From NCBI RefSeq assembly GCF_048593235.1, contig NC_133619.1:640624558-640688557 (forward strand): DNA of 64,000 nt. The letters run 5' to 3'. Shown here piece by piece: positions 23,001-35,200 of the stretch. Source of the DNA: Sminthopsis crassicaudata. Taxonomy: Eukaryota. Numbering within the stretch: the first letter of the stretch is position 1; every line of letters starts with the position of its first letter. A program made the translations under genes and the position numbers. The notes beneath the pieces are model-generated. The model had not been told where the DNA came from. It made no database searches and saw only the letters and a program-made list of their open reading frames with translations.

Positions 23001-24118
23001 ATTCCTGCTCTGTTTGCTTTACTGCACTGGGGATGGGATGAGGAGGGTGGGTCCGTAGTCCAAGTAAGTCTGGGAGGGGGAACTGAAGAAAGCACAATGG
23101 GTTCCAGAGGCAAGGGCTGGCTGCAGGAAGGAGTCTTAGAAGTTCTGAGGGAGGGTTCTAGTCATAGAGGACCCCTGGCATGAATGGGCAGAGGATGGAG
23201 ACAATTCCTGATTGGGGAGAGAGACAGTCAGTCAGAGAGACAGAAATATGAAGACAAAATAAAAGAAAAGGAAAACTTTGAAAGAAAGAAAAGGGGAGGA
23301 AGGGAGATAAGTAGAAAAAAGAAGAGGAGAATGAGAAAATAGGAAGAGAAGTGGAAAGCTGAGAGCCAGTCTGTGAAGGAGCGCCAGCCTGACGAGTTTG
23401 TATTTTTTCCTGGTGATCAGTGTGAGCTCCGGAGGATTTGAGCAGAGGGAGGATGACTTGCTCCATCCTGTATTTTAGGAAGCCGCTCCTGGTGGCTTCT
23501 GGGAGGCTGGAAAGTGCAGGTGGGAGCCTGCCCCCAGTGGGAAGGACTGGAGGGGCTCTGGGAGTGGAGAGAGGACAGGACAAGGTGAAGAAAGGGAAGG
23601 ACCAAGGATCAGGCCTGGGGTTCTGGGGACCCCACACAGAAGGGTTTTGCAAGGCTTCTACTGTAGCTGTGTTGGGCTTGACAGTTTGTACCTGAGGTGA
23701 AAGGGACCTTTGAGATCATTACTCTGCCCTGCACCTGAGCAGAGATTCTCCTTTAGCCCTGAGAAAAGCCTTTGCTTGGAGTCCTATGGCGATGGGAAGC
23801 TCACTACCTTCTAGGGCAGCCCATTTCACTTTTGGACACTTCTAGCTATCAGGGAGCCTAATTTTGAGCCTATGTTTGTTTCCTTGCCCCTTCCATCCGT
23901 CATCCCACCGTAGCTTTGGGTTTTGTCCTCTGAGGCTGAACAGAACAAAGCTAACCCTCCTTCCGTGTGACAGGCCTTTATTCTGAAACTTGGCTATCCT
24001 GCCTCCCAAGTCACAGTTTTATGGACTTGGATATGAAAGGGACCTGAGATCGAGTCATAAGGTCATAGAAATGTAGGGCTAAAAGTTGGGACAGCAGAAG
24101 CCATCTACTCCAGTGTAT

Positions 24119-24706
24119 TGTGATTTTAAAGAAAAGTTCGGATTCGCTCCTATAAATGACGCTCTCAAGCTCAGTTAAAAAGTAAAAGTAAAAAGCTTTA
24201 ATCAAATAAGACAAAGTATAGATAGTTTAGATTTGCATAAAAAAATAGAAATAAGAACAATTAATATGACAATTATAGCAGATAGAGGAAGAGAATACAT
24301 CACCAACTCAAGGGAACCCGCAAGAACTTCAAACGGCTGGGAGCCCCTCTTTTTTCAGCCTTCTCAACTTGAGTTGTGTCAAGATTTCCCTGCGCAAGGC
24401 GTCCCTTCAAGGGCGAGGCTCTATCATAGTATGGGGCCCTGACCTTTTTTATAGGTCTTTAGACAAAGAAGGCTTTTTGCCAAAAAATTATATAAGGGTT
24501 TGGCACATCTGTGCAGGTGTGGGGTACAGGAGGGCTTCACTAGTTGACTCGTTCCATGTCGTCTGCATCTTGACAGTTCTTTATTAATTGCCTATGCTCA
24601 AGGGAGGGAGCCACTCTTCTCTGGAGCATAAACATCTCTAGGAATGGCTAGTTCCTAGTATCTAGTGTCAAAAATATACAGAATTCATGGAACGGTCAAG
24701 TTCCCA
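24119..24706. mobile_element. Possible solo LTR (AT-rich insert)
   Basis: Abrupt AT-rich segment starting tg... and ending near ...ccca, with ATTAAA on the minus strand near 24196; no clear target-site duplication found. Confidence 0.3.
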
Positions 24707-25959
24707 TAATTTGGAAGCTCAGGCCTGTCAGATTTGAGTGAGCTTATAATTCTAATATGAAATTTTTAATTTCTTATTCATCCAGATAGGTAAACTGAGA
24801 CCCAAGTGGTTAAGGAACTTCACACAGCCAGTGTGTGTCATTTGAACTCAGGTCTTGTTGACTCTGTGGCCAACTCTGACTCTACATCCCGCTCCATTCA
24901 TTTATTTTACAGATGGGGAAACTGAGAGCCCAGGAGGGAAGTCGTTTGTCCAAGGTCATATCTGTAGGAGAAGCTCAAGTCAGACAGATGAGTGATTAGG
25001 GAAACTGGCCTTGGGGAGCTTCATTGATGGATTCAGTGACCTGGAGAACCGGACAGGCAAAGATTGGGAAGTTGGGTAGACAAAGTGATTGCCCTGGGTC
25101 TAGAGAAGAGCAGGAGGCAGATTGATTACTTTGGGCAAAGGTCTGGGGCACAGATAGACTGGCCAGAGATGGACCGGCGAGGGGGTTGGAGGAGGGCTTG
25201 CCCCTATGGATCAATGATGATGAAATCAGAGTATGGATCAATGGACCTGTGGGTGCTGAACAAATGGCCCGAGTGGCCCAGAGAAGACAGACTCATTGAC
25301 CTAGATCTGGATGGATAGGCTGACTGACTTGGACAGAACAAGAGACAGACAGATCTCCTTATTGGGATGAGCAGGTGAGCTGCCTGGTATCAGGAGGCTT
25401 GAACTAAATGATGGGGAGGGGAGACTGAGTGAGGGAGGGACTCAGCAAGTAGGCTGGCCTGAAGGCAATGGACAGACAGACTGATTGATGGGGGCAGGAG
25501 AGAGAATAGAAAATTAGACTGACCTGGTAAAATTGAACATCTGAATGACTGTATTGGCAGATGGGATAGAACTGGATAGAGAAATGACATGATGGATTTG
25601 GGGGATGGGGACAAGTAGACTTGACTGTCCTGGCAGGGATGGACACTCGTACTGACTGACCTGGGGAGGATGGGCTGAAAAGCTAGATTGACTAACCTGG
25701 AAGAATTGGATAGATGGACTGAGTGACTTTGGAGCTCATCAGACTGATTTAAGGAAACTGGATAAAGGAAATGATTGGGAAATAGCTGATTTGGAATGGG
25801 GCTGGGGAAGTGGTTTGGCTTAAAAGGAGGGAGTGACCAGCCTGGACAGGACAGATCATGAAACCATAGACTTGGGACTGAAAAGGACAACTCATAGAGG
25901 AAGTGAGTCTTGGGGAGGCTGTGCCTTGCCCAAGGCCCCCCTTGTAGTAGAAGCGAAAG

Positions 25960-27200
25960 TCAGACTGGTAACCTTTTCCCCTGAAGGATTTTTTTACCCA
26001 CTTTTGCCGGGTAGGTGATTCTTGGGGGGGGAATTCTAGCTCCACTGCTCTTACAAATAACATATTCCAAGCCCTCTGGTCTTTCAATGCAGAAGCTGCT
26101 AAATCTTGTGCTATTCTGACTGGCTCCACTATATGTGAATTGTTGCTTTCTGGATGCTTGCAATATTTTCTCCTTGGCCTTGAAGTTCTGGAATTTGGCT
26201 ATAATATTCTTGAGAGTTGTCATTTGGGGATCTCTTTCAGGAGGTGATTGTTGGATTATTTCAATTTCTATTTTACCTCTGGTTCTTGAATATCAGAACA
26301 GTTTTCCATGATAATTTCTTGAAAGGTGATATTCAGGTTCTTTTTATGATCATAAAAGTAGACCAATAATTTTTAAATGATCTCTCCTGGATCTATTGTC
26401 CAGGTCAATTTTTCCAATGAAATATTTCACAAATTTTTTGGGCAGGGAGGGATTTCTTTTATTATATCTTGATTTCTCATGTTATTAGTTTCCATTTGTT
26501 CAATTATAAGTTTTAAGGAATTAATTTCTTCAGTGTGTTTTTGTACCTCCTTTCCCAATTGTCCAATTGTTCTTTCTAAGGAATTCTTCTCATTAGCTTT
26601 TTAAAATGTCCTTTTTGCACCACTCTCAGATCTTTTCCTTATTTTTCTTACTTTGAGCTCTTCCATGGCCCGAGCCCAAATCTGATTTTCCTTGGAAGCT
26701 TTGGATGTAGGAGCTTTGACTTTGTCATATTCTACGTCATCTTCCTATGATCAGAAACTTTTTTTTGCTATTCCCTCATTTTCCTAGCCTATTACTCGGC
26801 TTTTAACTTTCTGGTAAAGTAGGGCTCTGTTTCCAGGGCAGAGGGTGCACTGTCCCAAGCTGTTTTCTTTCAGAGAGCCTTCTCGGACTGATCACAAGCC
26901 CTCTTCTCTGCCCCTACCCCTCTGTCGCTGTAAGAGCCAGTGTGCTGAAGCCACAGAGTCCTGCTTTGCTGGGGTCCGGGCGAGTTGGCGCAATCTCTGC
27001 CAGAACTGCGTCCTGGACTCTGCCTATTGTCACAGACCTTTTCTGCTGACCTCCTAAGTTGTCCTTGGCTGGAAAACGGTCTATTCTGTCTTTTGGGGTG
27101 TTCTGATGCTCTAAAATTTATTCTGAATCATTAAGGGAATTTGGAGAGATTGGGGGAGAGCTTGGGCGAGCTCCTGCCTTTACTCGGCCATCTTGGTCCC
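25960..27200 (-). mobile_element. LINE-1 5' portion (5' UTR plus disrupted ORF1)
   Basis: Minus-strand peptides NIIAKFQNFKAKEKILQASRKQQF, RIAQDLAASALKDQRAWNMLF and PRITYPAK are L1 ORF1p motifs, broken by frameshifts. The 5' end reads GGGACCAAGATGGCCGAGTA (27200-27181), the YY1-type L1 start. Confidence 0.85.
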
Positions 27201-28289
27201 ATCTCTCAACACTTCACCTTTAAGGAAAGCCCAAGTCCTCCAGGAGAAGCAAGTTTGACCTTTGTCATTGTCTTCCATGAAGATGGATCACAGATCAGGA
27301 GGGCTACACTTTGAGCCGTGGACACCAATGGCGATCTCAGCCTGACGAAGAGAAAGGAGGCCGGGGGCGACCGGGTGCCTTGGATGTTGTTCACAAAACT
27401 GGAACTCGCCACCGGCTGTGTCCACCCAGGGCTCGGTGCTAGGACCGGGCCCCACATCCGCAGCCGGAACGCTCCTTACACGTAGAAAGGTTCCCCAAGC
27501 TGGGAGCCAATCCCAGACCGCTGACCGCTGACCGCTGCCGGCACTCAAAAAGAACTTAGTCTAATGACCCTCCCTGAGAAAAGGCCTGCTGGTCAGAGGA
27601 GGATGTGAGCCGGCACGGACAGCTCCGGAGGGGCCTCTGTGAGGAGCCTGCCCAGAAGGAAACAGGAGGAGGAAACGGGGCTGGATCATCTGGGAAACTG
27701 AGTCACGCCAGAGACAAGGGCTCAAGGGCTCTAGAACTACTGTCCTGGGGGTGTTGTGCGGCTGTCTCGGGGCTCCAGCTGACGTCTGTCAACGGGAAAG
27801 GTCTGACTTACGCCACCGCCCAGGACCCAAAGGGGGTTCCGCAAAGGAAGTGGCGGAGGTTTCGTCAGGCCGAAGACGTGCTTGTGGGGAAGGCTGGGCC
27901 GACTATGGGGCAAGAACCAGTCACAGGACCGTAGATCCGGCTCTGGTGGGCGTCACTGCCGAGCCTCTGCCCATGTTCCTGTTGTTGTGCCAGGGGAAGG
28001 GAAGCAGCATTTATTAGGCGCCCACTGTGTGCCTCACACTGTGCTCTCCAGGCTGGCCCCTCCCTGCCCGTTACCTCGGATGCTGTCCGTGCAGCTTCAC
28101 CCGAGCTGCCGGATTTATTTCCCTGTAAGCTCCTCTCTCTGATGCAGACTGCAGCCTGCCAAAGCAGGGACCCTTCCAAGGCTGAGACTTTCTAGTTTTC
28201 TTTTTTTCCTTCTTTTCTCCCTCCCTTCCTCTTCTCTTTTTCTTTCTCTCTCCTATCTTCCATTCTTCCTTCCTCCCCCCTCCCCCTTG

Positions 28290-30000
28290 CCCAGGGTCAC
28301 ACATCACGTGCCCCCTGGCTGCCAGAAGCCTGAGCTTCTCCCCTGAGGGGGTTATCCCGGGGTGGGGCTCGGTTCCGGAGCCAGACAAGCTCGGGGAAGG
28401 AGCCGGGACGTCGGGCCCGGGAGGCGGCCTCAGTCTCTGGGGCAGAATAATGGGCAGAGCCCGCGGCCGCCATCACTGACCCCACAAAGGCCGGGGAGAC
28501 GGTTCCCGCGGGGTTAGGAAAGAGCCGTAGCCCCTCGGTGCGACCCCATTCCGCGGCTCCGGGCCGGAGCGGGCCGAGGGGGAGGGGAGAACTTGGAAAT
28601 CCGCAGCTTTCCGAGAGGAACGGTAAGATCTGTACATATCCTGGGAGCCAAGGAAGCAGTTTCCGGAGGAGAAGACGCGTTCGGGCTAAGGCAGCCGGCG
28701 GCAGTGGAGACAGGAGGACCGAGGTCAAGTCCGGCCTGGGGCGCTAGCAGTGGGACGCGGACAAGTCACTTGCCCTGCCTCAGTTTACTCCCCGGAAATG
28801 GAAACCCTGGGTGGCCCCGGAGCGGGCGGGGCCGGAGCCACTGCGGCCAGGGTTCGGGCGGATGCGAGGGCCTGCCTGGCTCCTGGCGATGACGTCGCGT
28901 TTACCGGCCGGGAGACCCCGCATTTCCCGCGAGAATCTGGCTTCCGGTCCAGACCGGAGACACCACGGGGGATACTCTCAGCCAACCAGCACTTATTAAG
29001 CACCTACTACGTGCTAAGCACTGGGGTTACAAAGAAAGGCAGGCAGTCGCTGTCCCGGAGCTCGAGGCCCGACGTGGGGGGAGGGGGGTCACGTGCGAAC
29101 CATCCCGTGCGGACGGCAGGGGGCCGGGGTGGGGATCAGACAGCCCCGCGCCACGGTCCCGGTGAGCTGGGGTAGCGCCCCCTGCTGGAGGTCCTGTGCG
29201 TAACAGCCTCAATGTCCGCGCGCCCTCCCCCGCCTGAGAGGGAAGCCACTGGGACGCGGGAGGCGTTCTGGCCGCTCCGCGGTCGAGGTTAGCGCTGCAG
29301 AATCCCCGAGACGAGACTGAACCCCCAGGGCCCGTGTTCTGTCCCCCGCCCCCGTTATGGGGGGAGCTGAAGGGAGCCGGCTAAGCGGGAGGCAGAATGA
29401 AGGAGAGCACCCCGGGCCTGGGGGGAGGGGATCTCTGGGGTCGGGATACGAAGCGTCACGTGCAGAGACGCAGCGGGGAAGCCGTCGGCCGCCCCCCGCC
29501 CGGGGCCAGGGAGGGCGCAGAACGCGCCGGAGGTTCCCGAGCGGGGGCGGACGCGCTCAAAGCTCCCGAAGAGTGACAGCCGCGGGCGTGGGGGGCCCGA
29601 CGGCCCGGGGACGAAGGGCCGCAGAGGAGGGAGGGACGGGCCGGCACCCGCGAGGGACGGAGGGCGGGGCCCGGGGGCGAGGCGGGACTCGGAGCCTAGC
29701 GGGGGAAGAGGCGGGGAGAGGAGTCTGGGACGTTGGGGGGGGGGCGGAGGGGGCGCTACCTGGAGGAAATGCGGGCCTGGAGCTCCGCCCTGAGGCTCGC
29801 TAAGTGGGGCTGAGTCATCCGGGCCGAGATAATTGAAACCCTGGAGGTGGGTGAGATCACCCGGAGACCAGGGAGATGAGCGGTTAGCGGTGGGGATGAC
29901 TAGGAGGGGATCCGGCCGAGGAGGCCGGGGGTGGCCAGACGGGGCGTCGGGGCACGCGGGGAGAGGGCGGGGCCCGCGGAGGTGCGGACTGAAGCAGCAT
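28290..30000. promoter_or_regulatory. Orphan CpG island with promoter-type motifs
   Basis: Dense CpG; TGACGTCG 28890-28897, TTTCCCGCG 28923-28931, CTTCCGG 28941-28947; no recognisable CDS attached. Confidence 0.55.
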
Positions 30001-32291
30001 TTTCGCTTTTCCCCCTTTTCTTTGACCACATGACCAAGGAGAAACGTTTCCATCTTTGCACGTGTATACCCTACAGCAGACTATTTGCTATTTGGGGGAG
30101 GGGAGAATGGGAAGCGGGGGAACAAATGTCAAGTTCAAAAATCTAAGAAACGAATGTTGTCCAGTCCCAGCCTGTGATTCCCTCTTATGGGTGATGGAAA
30201 AAAGTAAAATACGATTTACCAAAAAAAAAATTTTTTCTGAAAGAATGAGGAGCGTTGGAGGCTGCAGAGGGAAAGGACAAGGACTGAGGGCAGGACGCTG
30301 GCTCTGGCCCTGAGGAGAGCAAGGGCGTCTGGAGAGCAGCGGTTTCCAGGGAAGGAGGAGGTCAGAAGCCAGATGTGGAGGAGTCTGAGGGCGAGATGGG
30401 AGGAAGTGGAAGCTTCCACTGTCCCCGGCTTTTCCGGAGAGCGGCCGCTCCTCATCGGGATACGGATCCTTGAGGAGGGAGGCGTGTGCACATGTTCACA
30501 GGCAGTAAGGCGCTAAGAGATGAGGCGGAGGGGGCGAGATCCCGGCAGGCCCATCAGCCGGGGGCCCAGCTCTCCTGTGGAGCAGAGGCGCCCCAACGCG
30601 GGGGATGGGCGCAGGGAGGAGAGGAAGGGCTGGTGGAGGGCTTTCCTTCCTCCAGCAGAATGTCAGGGCAGATCCTCAGCTGAGGAGGAATGAAAGCTGG
30701 CGAGCCATGGCGAGGCCAGGGACAGGGCAGGCTCCTTCCTGTGTCTCTCTGTGACCCCGTGTAGGGCCTCTGGGGCAGAGGGTCTGGCGAAGGGCCGGCT
30801 TTGACCCCGAGGACGAGTCCTCTCCATCCCCAGTGCTCTGTGCACCAAGGCAGCGGCTGGCAGCCAGGCCGTGGGAGGGCCCACTTGGGGTCAGGCTGGC
30901 AAGCAGGAGCAGCAGGCGGGTGAGGCCTGAAGGTTTTAGACAAGGGCCAAGGGGAGCAAGGAACGCGGCAGCGTGTCCGAGTGAGCGGTTTCCAGGGGGA
31001 TAGCCTGGGAAAGAACGGAGGGGCGCGGGGCGGGGGGCACATGGACAAGACGGCCATCGGGTGTCAGAGTCCGTGACCCTGGGGGTGGGGGAGCACGTGT
31101 GGGCGATGGGGAGATGGGGCGTGCGGATGTCTCAGGGAATAAAGGAGGATTTAGGGAGGTTAGGGCGAGGGCGCATCCATGTGACTTGGGGAGGAGAAAG
31201 ACTGAGCCAGACTGGAAAAGTGGCTTGAACCTAAAAACGAAGGCCAGAACCCAAACTGCCATCTCAGCGCAGGGATATGTGGGGGAAGCCAGCCAGGCGT
31301 CCTCTCAGGAGATCCTGGGACCCCTCCACCCTCAGGCAGGACCAGGGAGTCTCTGGGAGAGGAGCTCCGAGTTCACGTCCCACGCCCAGGCCAGCGCCAC
31401 CAGCTGACATGATGCAGCACCTGCCCCTGTCCCTGTCTAGGGGCTCTCATGTAGCTCTCCAGCCGTTACCTGAATGACTCACCTGCCTGCAGGAGGCGCC
31501 GTCTACAACGCACAGCTGCTGCCAACCACAGCCCACAGTAGCCTCTACACTGGCCGTTTGTACAACCAGTGCTGGGCCAATCCCACAAACACTTAGTAGG
31601 TGCTTACAGTGCACTGAGCCCCCTGCTGCTACTGAACCCTTCCCTCCTGCTCGCCCCCGCATTCCCAGCCTGGGGGGGGGGGGCACGGGGTCTCTTCTCT
31701 GCCAGTGAGCGGGAGGGATGGGCCAGAACTGACCCTTGCGTCCGGCCAGCCCCTCCATGGGCAGTGGTCCCCACAGAAGCTGCCCTGAGCCACGTGCCAA
31801 GGCCGAGCAAGGGGGAGGAGGGCGGCGTCTCGGAGTGAGAACCGGCGCGGTGCTGTGTTACCATCTTTATTAACCAACAAATCGGACCCAGATGAGGAGC
31901 CCTGGAGGACAGGGGCATCCCCGGCCCCAGCTCTCAGAGGGACCACCCGGGGAGGACAGGAGCTCTGAGCTCCCCACTTGTCTGGCTGTCTGGCCCGAGA
32001 ACGAGGGGCTGGGAGAGGGGCCCCGCTTCTCGCTGGGTCTTGAAATCGGTCACCTTCCTCCCTCAATCTGTGGGGATGGATGAGCCCCAGGCTCTGACCC
32101 CCGAGAACCTTCCGCTGGCCCCGGGACGTCCGAGCAGCTGAATCCCCCCACTGGCTCTCCCGCTGCTGCTGTCTGCGCCCTCGGGGGGCCTGGTGTGCAC
32201 GTACTCACACACGGCAGCTGGAGGTGGGGAAAGGGACCCCAGGACCTCCAGGAACTTAGCAAGCCCTGCGCGCCGCCCTCCTCGCACACCC

Positions 32292-35200
32292 TCACGCCAG
32301 CAGGCGGCTGTACTCAGCCAGCGCGGAGGACTTCTTGACCCCGTCCCAGATACGGGCGGCGTAGTGGAACCTAGGCCAAGGGGAGGATCGGTGTCAGTGA
32401 GTGGGCCGGAGGGAGTCATCAGAGAACTTCTGGGACTCTCTGAGACCTCCAGGACCTCACCAGAACCTCCGGGACCTCACTGAGACCCAAGAATCTCAGA
32501 CTGCTCAGGACCACCTCTGCTTTGAAATGGGCCCAGACCACCCCAGCTCACATGTCCTGGGGACTGAGCTTTGCCAAGGGTGGAAGGTGAGCTCCTTGTC
32601 CACCGGCCCCCCTTTCCTGTGCCCCCCTCCCCCCAGGGCCGTACCAGTTCTTCTCGGTGAGGATGGTGTGCGAGAGCTGCGGCCGGGCCATGGACATCAC
32701 CTGGCTCCGGAGTTTGGTCACTAAGGACTGGAAGCTGGGGTGGCCTCGGTAGCCCGGGAGAAGGGAAAAGAGCGGGCTGGAGCCCGGGCCTGGGGATTGA
32801 GGGATAGGGTGAGAACCTCGGCCTGGTGCCTTTGCCCTTCCCCTTGGGTGCCCGTCCCCTCCAGAGCAGCCCCATGCCCACCCCACACCCCTGGGGAGCC
32901 CCCCTCCTAGGCCCAAGGCCCTCTGGCTGGTACCTGCCCGGGGCAGGCTCTCGCTGTCCCCCTCGGTGTCCATGAAGGGCACCAGGAAGAGGTTCACTTC
33001 TGAGTCCAGGAAGTCGGGGGGCAGGCCCGGGAAGACGTTGCACTGCAGCATGGACAGGGTGCCTGATGAAGGGGAGAGGAGGCCGTGGTGAGAGCTAGGC
33101 GCATGAAGCGGCCTCGAGGTGGGTCCGAGGGCGGCCCCTTACCCTTGTAGCGCAGGTGGGAATGGGCCATCAGCTGGTCGATCACCAGGTGCATCTGCCG
33201 CAGCTTCTGGGGGCAGAAGTCCTCCCGCCGGGCCTTGTTCTGCAGGAAGACTGAGGGAGAGGGACAGGTGAGCCCGAGGCTGGGCAGGAGCAGCCCCTCC
33301 CCCCTCCTCCCCCCTGGAGCGGCACCTCACCCAGATGGGGGTAGTACTCCGTGCCTTCGTCCGAGCCGGAGGAGCTGCTGGCCTCGTGGCTGGGGGAGGG
33401 GGTAGAGGGCTTCACCATCTCAGCCGTCTGCAGAAACCTGGGCGGGGACACAGGGAGGCTCGCTGCCTTGCCTGTGGCCCTGCCAAGCAAGACCCGCCTG
33501 CAGGAAGCCCCCCCCAGTGTCTGTGGACTCCCCTTGCTCGGCCCAACCCCATTTTACAGAGGCTCTGGGTCTTCTTGGCCTCGAGCTCCTGCCTCTCTGC
33601 TGCTGCCTCCAAAGCTTAGGGAGCCACTTAGCCCTCAGGAGCACAGACAGAAGCACCCAAGTCAGAATTCGAATCCGGTACCTTAAGCCCAGGCCCGGGT
33701 CCCCCAACTGCTCACCGGTACAGACTGAGGTCAGTGAACCAGTCCTGCACCACGATGACCACGTGGCAGACGGTGAAGAGGAAGGCCGCGATCTGCAGGG
33801 ACTGGACAAGAGAGATGATGCTCAGGGGGGCCATGGCCCTGCCTTCTCCCCCCTCCCCCCCGCTTGACCCCCAACCTCTCACCTGCATCTCCACGTAGGT
33901 GTGGGGCAGGTTGTACTCGGGGGGCAGTTTGCGGTCATTGTTGATGAGGTGGTCCAGGATGGACGGGCTCAGGATGGGCTGAGGGGAGGAGGGAAGGAGC
34001 GTCAGGGCCGAGACGGGGAGAACCGCCAGCAGGTGAAGAGGACTTGGCGGCCCGAGCTGGGCACTGTGCTCGGCATACAGTGGGCGCTTAATGATGCCTT
34101 GGGTGCCGTTACTGCCCCCTGGTGGCCTGCAGAGGCCCGGCCCACCTGGGTGTCCAGGAAGACGATGCGCTCCTGGGTGATGAAGAAGTCAATGCCGCTG
34201 GTCTGGTTCCCCCCGCGCTCCTTCATCTCGGCGCTCTGGGCCCGGAACACGTAGGCTCTGTGGGGGCAGCACGGGTTCCCTCCCGTCAGACTCTGTGCCC
34301 CCTCCCTAGGGGCCAGGGAGGCCCTCGGGGGGGCCCGGCCCAGGGAAGCAGCCTCAGAAGCTGCTCCACATCTGAAACGGGGGTGACGGCACGTGTCTGC
34401 CGCGAAGGATCAAGGAGATGTGGGGGGAGCATGGCGTCAGCCTCCAGTGCCGTGGGGAAAAGCTGGGGGTGCTAGTGGACCCCCAGCTCCTGGTGAGCAC
34501 GGGCCTCCCTAGGCTCCTCCCCTGCTACTTCATGCAGACAATATGGGCCAGGGTTAGGGACCAGAACTTGGCTCTTCCTGACCCTGTCTGAGACACGGCC
34601 CAACGTGGAGCCAGGGCAGGGAGGCCTCTGGGAGGTGGCCGCCTCCCCTCCCCCTCCTCCTCCCCTCTCAGGGACTAACCACAGAGGGAGGTCTAGGCTC
34701 AGTTCTGGGCGGGCTCCGCCTCACACCTAGTCTCCTTTTACTGACTCAAGCAGCCTTTAACGCCTACTGTGTGCCCAACCCTGTGACTGGGCTGAGAAAC
34801 CTCAAACTTAGCTCATCCTGGCCTGTGACTAAACAGAGCTGGGGCCGCAGGAGGGCGGGGCACAGGGAAAGCCCCCCCAGAACCACAGGGCTCGGGATCA
34901 GGGCTGACTTCTTGGAGGAGGCCAGGCCTTTGCTGGCCCCCTGGGGTGAACACGCTGGTGTTTCACTTCCTGGAGCTTCCCCACAGCCCTGGAGCCAGGC
35001 CCCCAAGGGACATTTCACAACTGAGGGCCCCCGAGGCTCTGGCTGGGTGAGAGCCGTGACCCCGGATCGCCCGTGTGGGGAGGGGCAGGGGGTCTCCGTG
35101 ATGGGTGACGCAGTGGGGAGAGGGCCGGGTGTGGGGGCGGAGGAGGAGCTGGGCCCGGGCACCCGCCTCCCGCCTACCTCTGGTCCTCCTCGGGGGTGTT

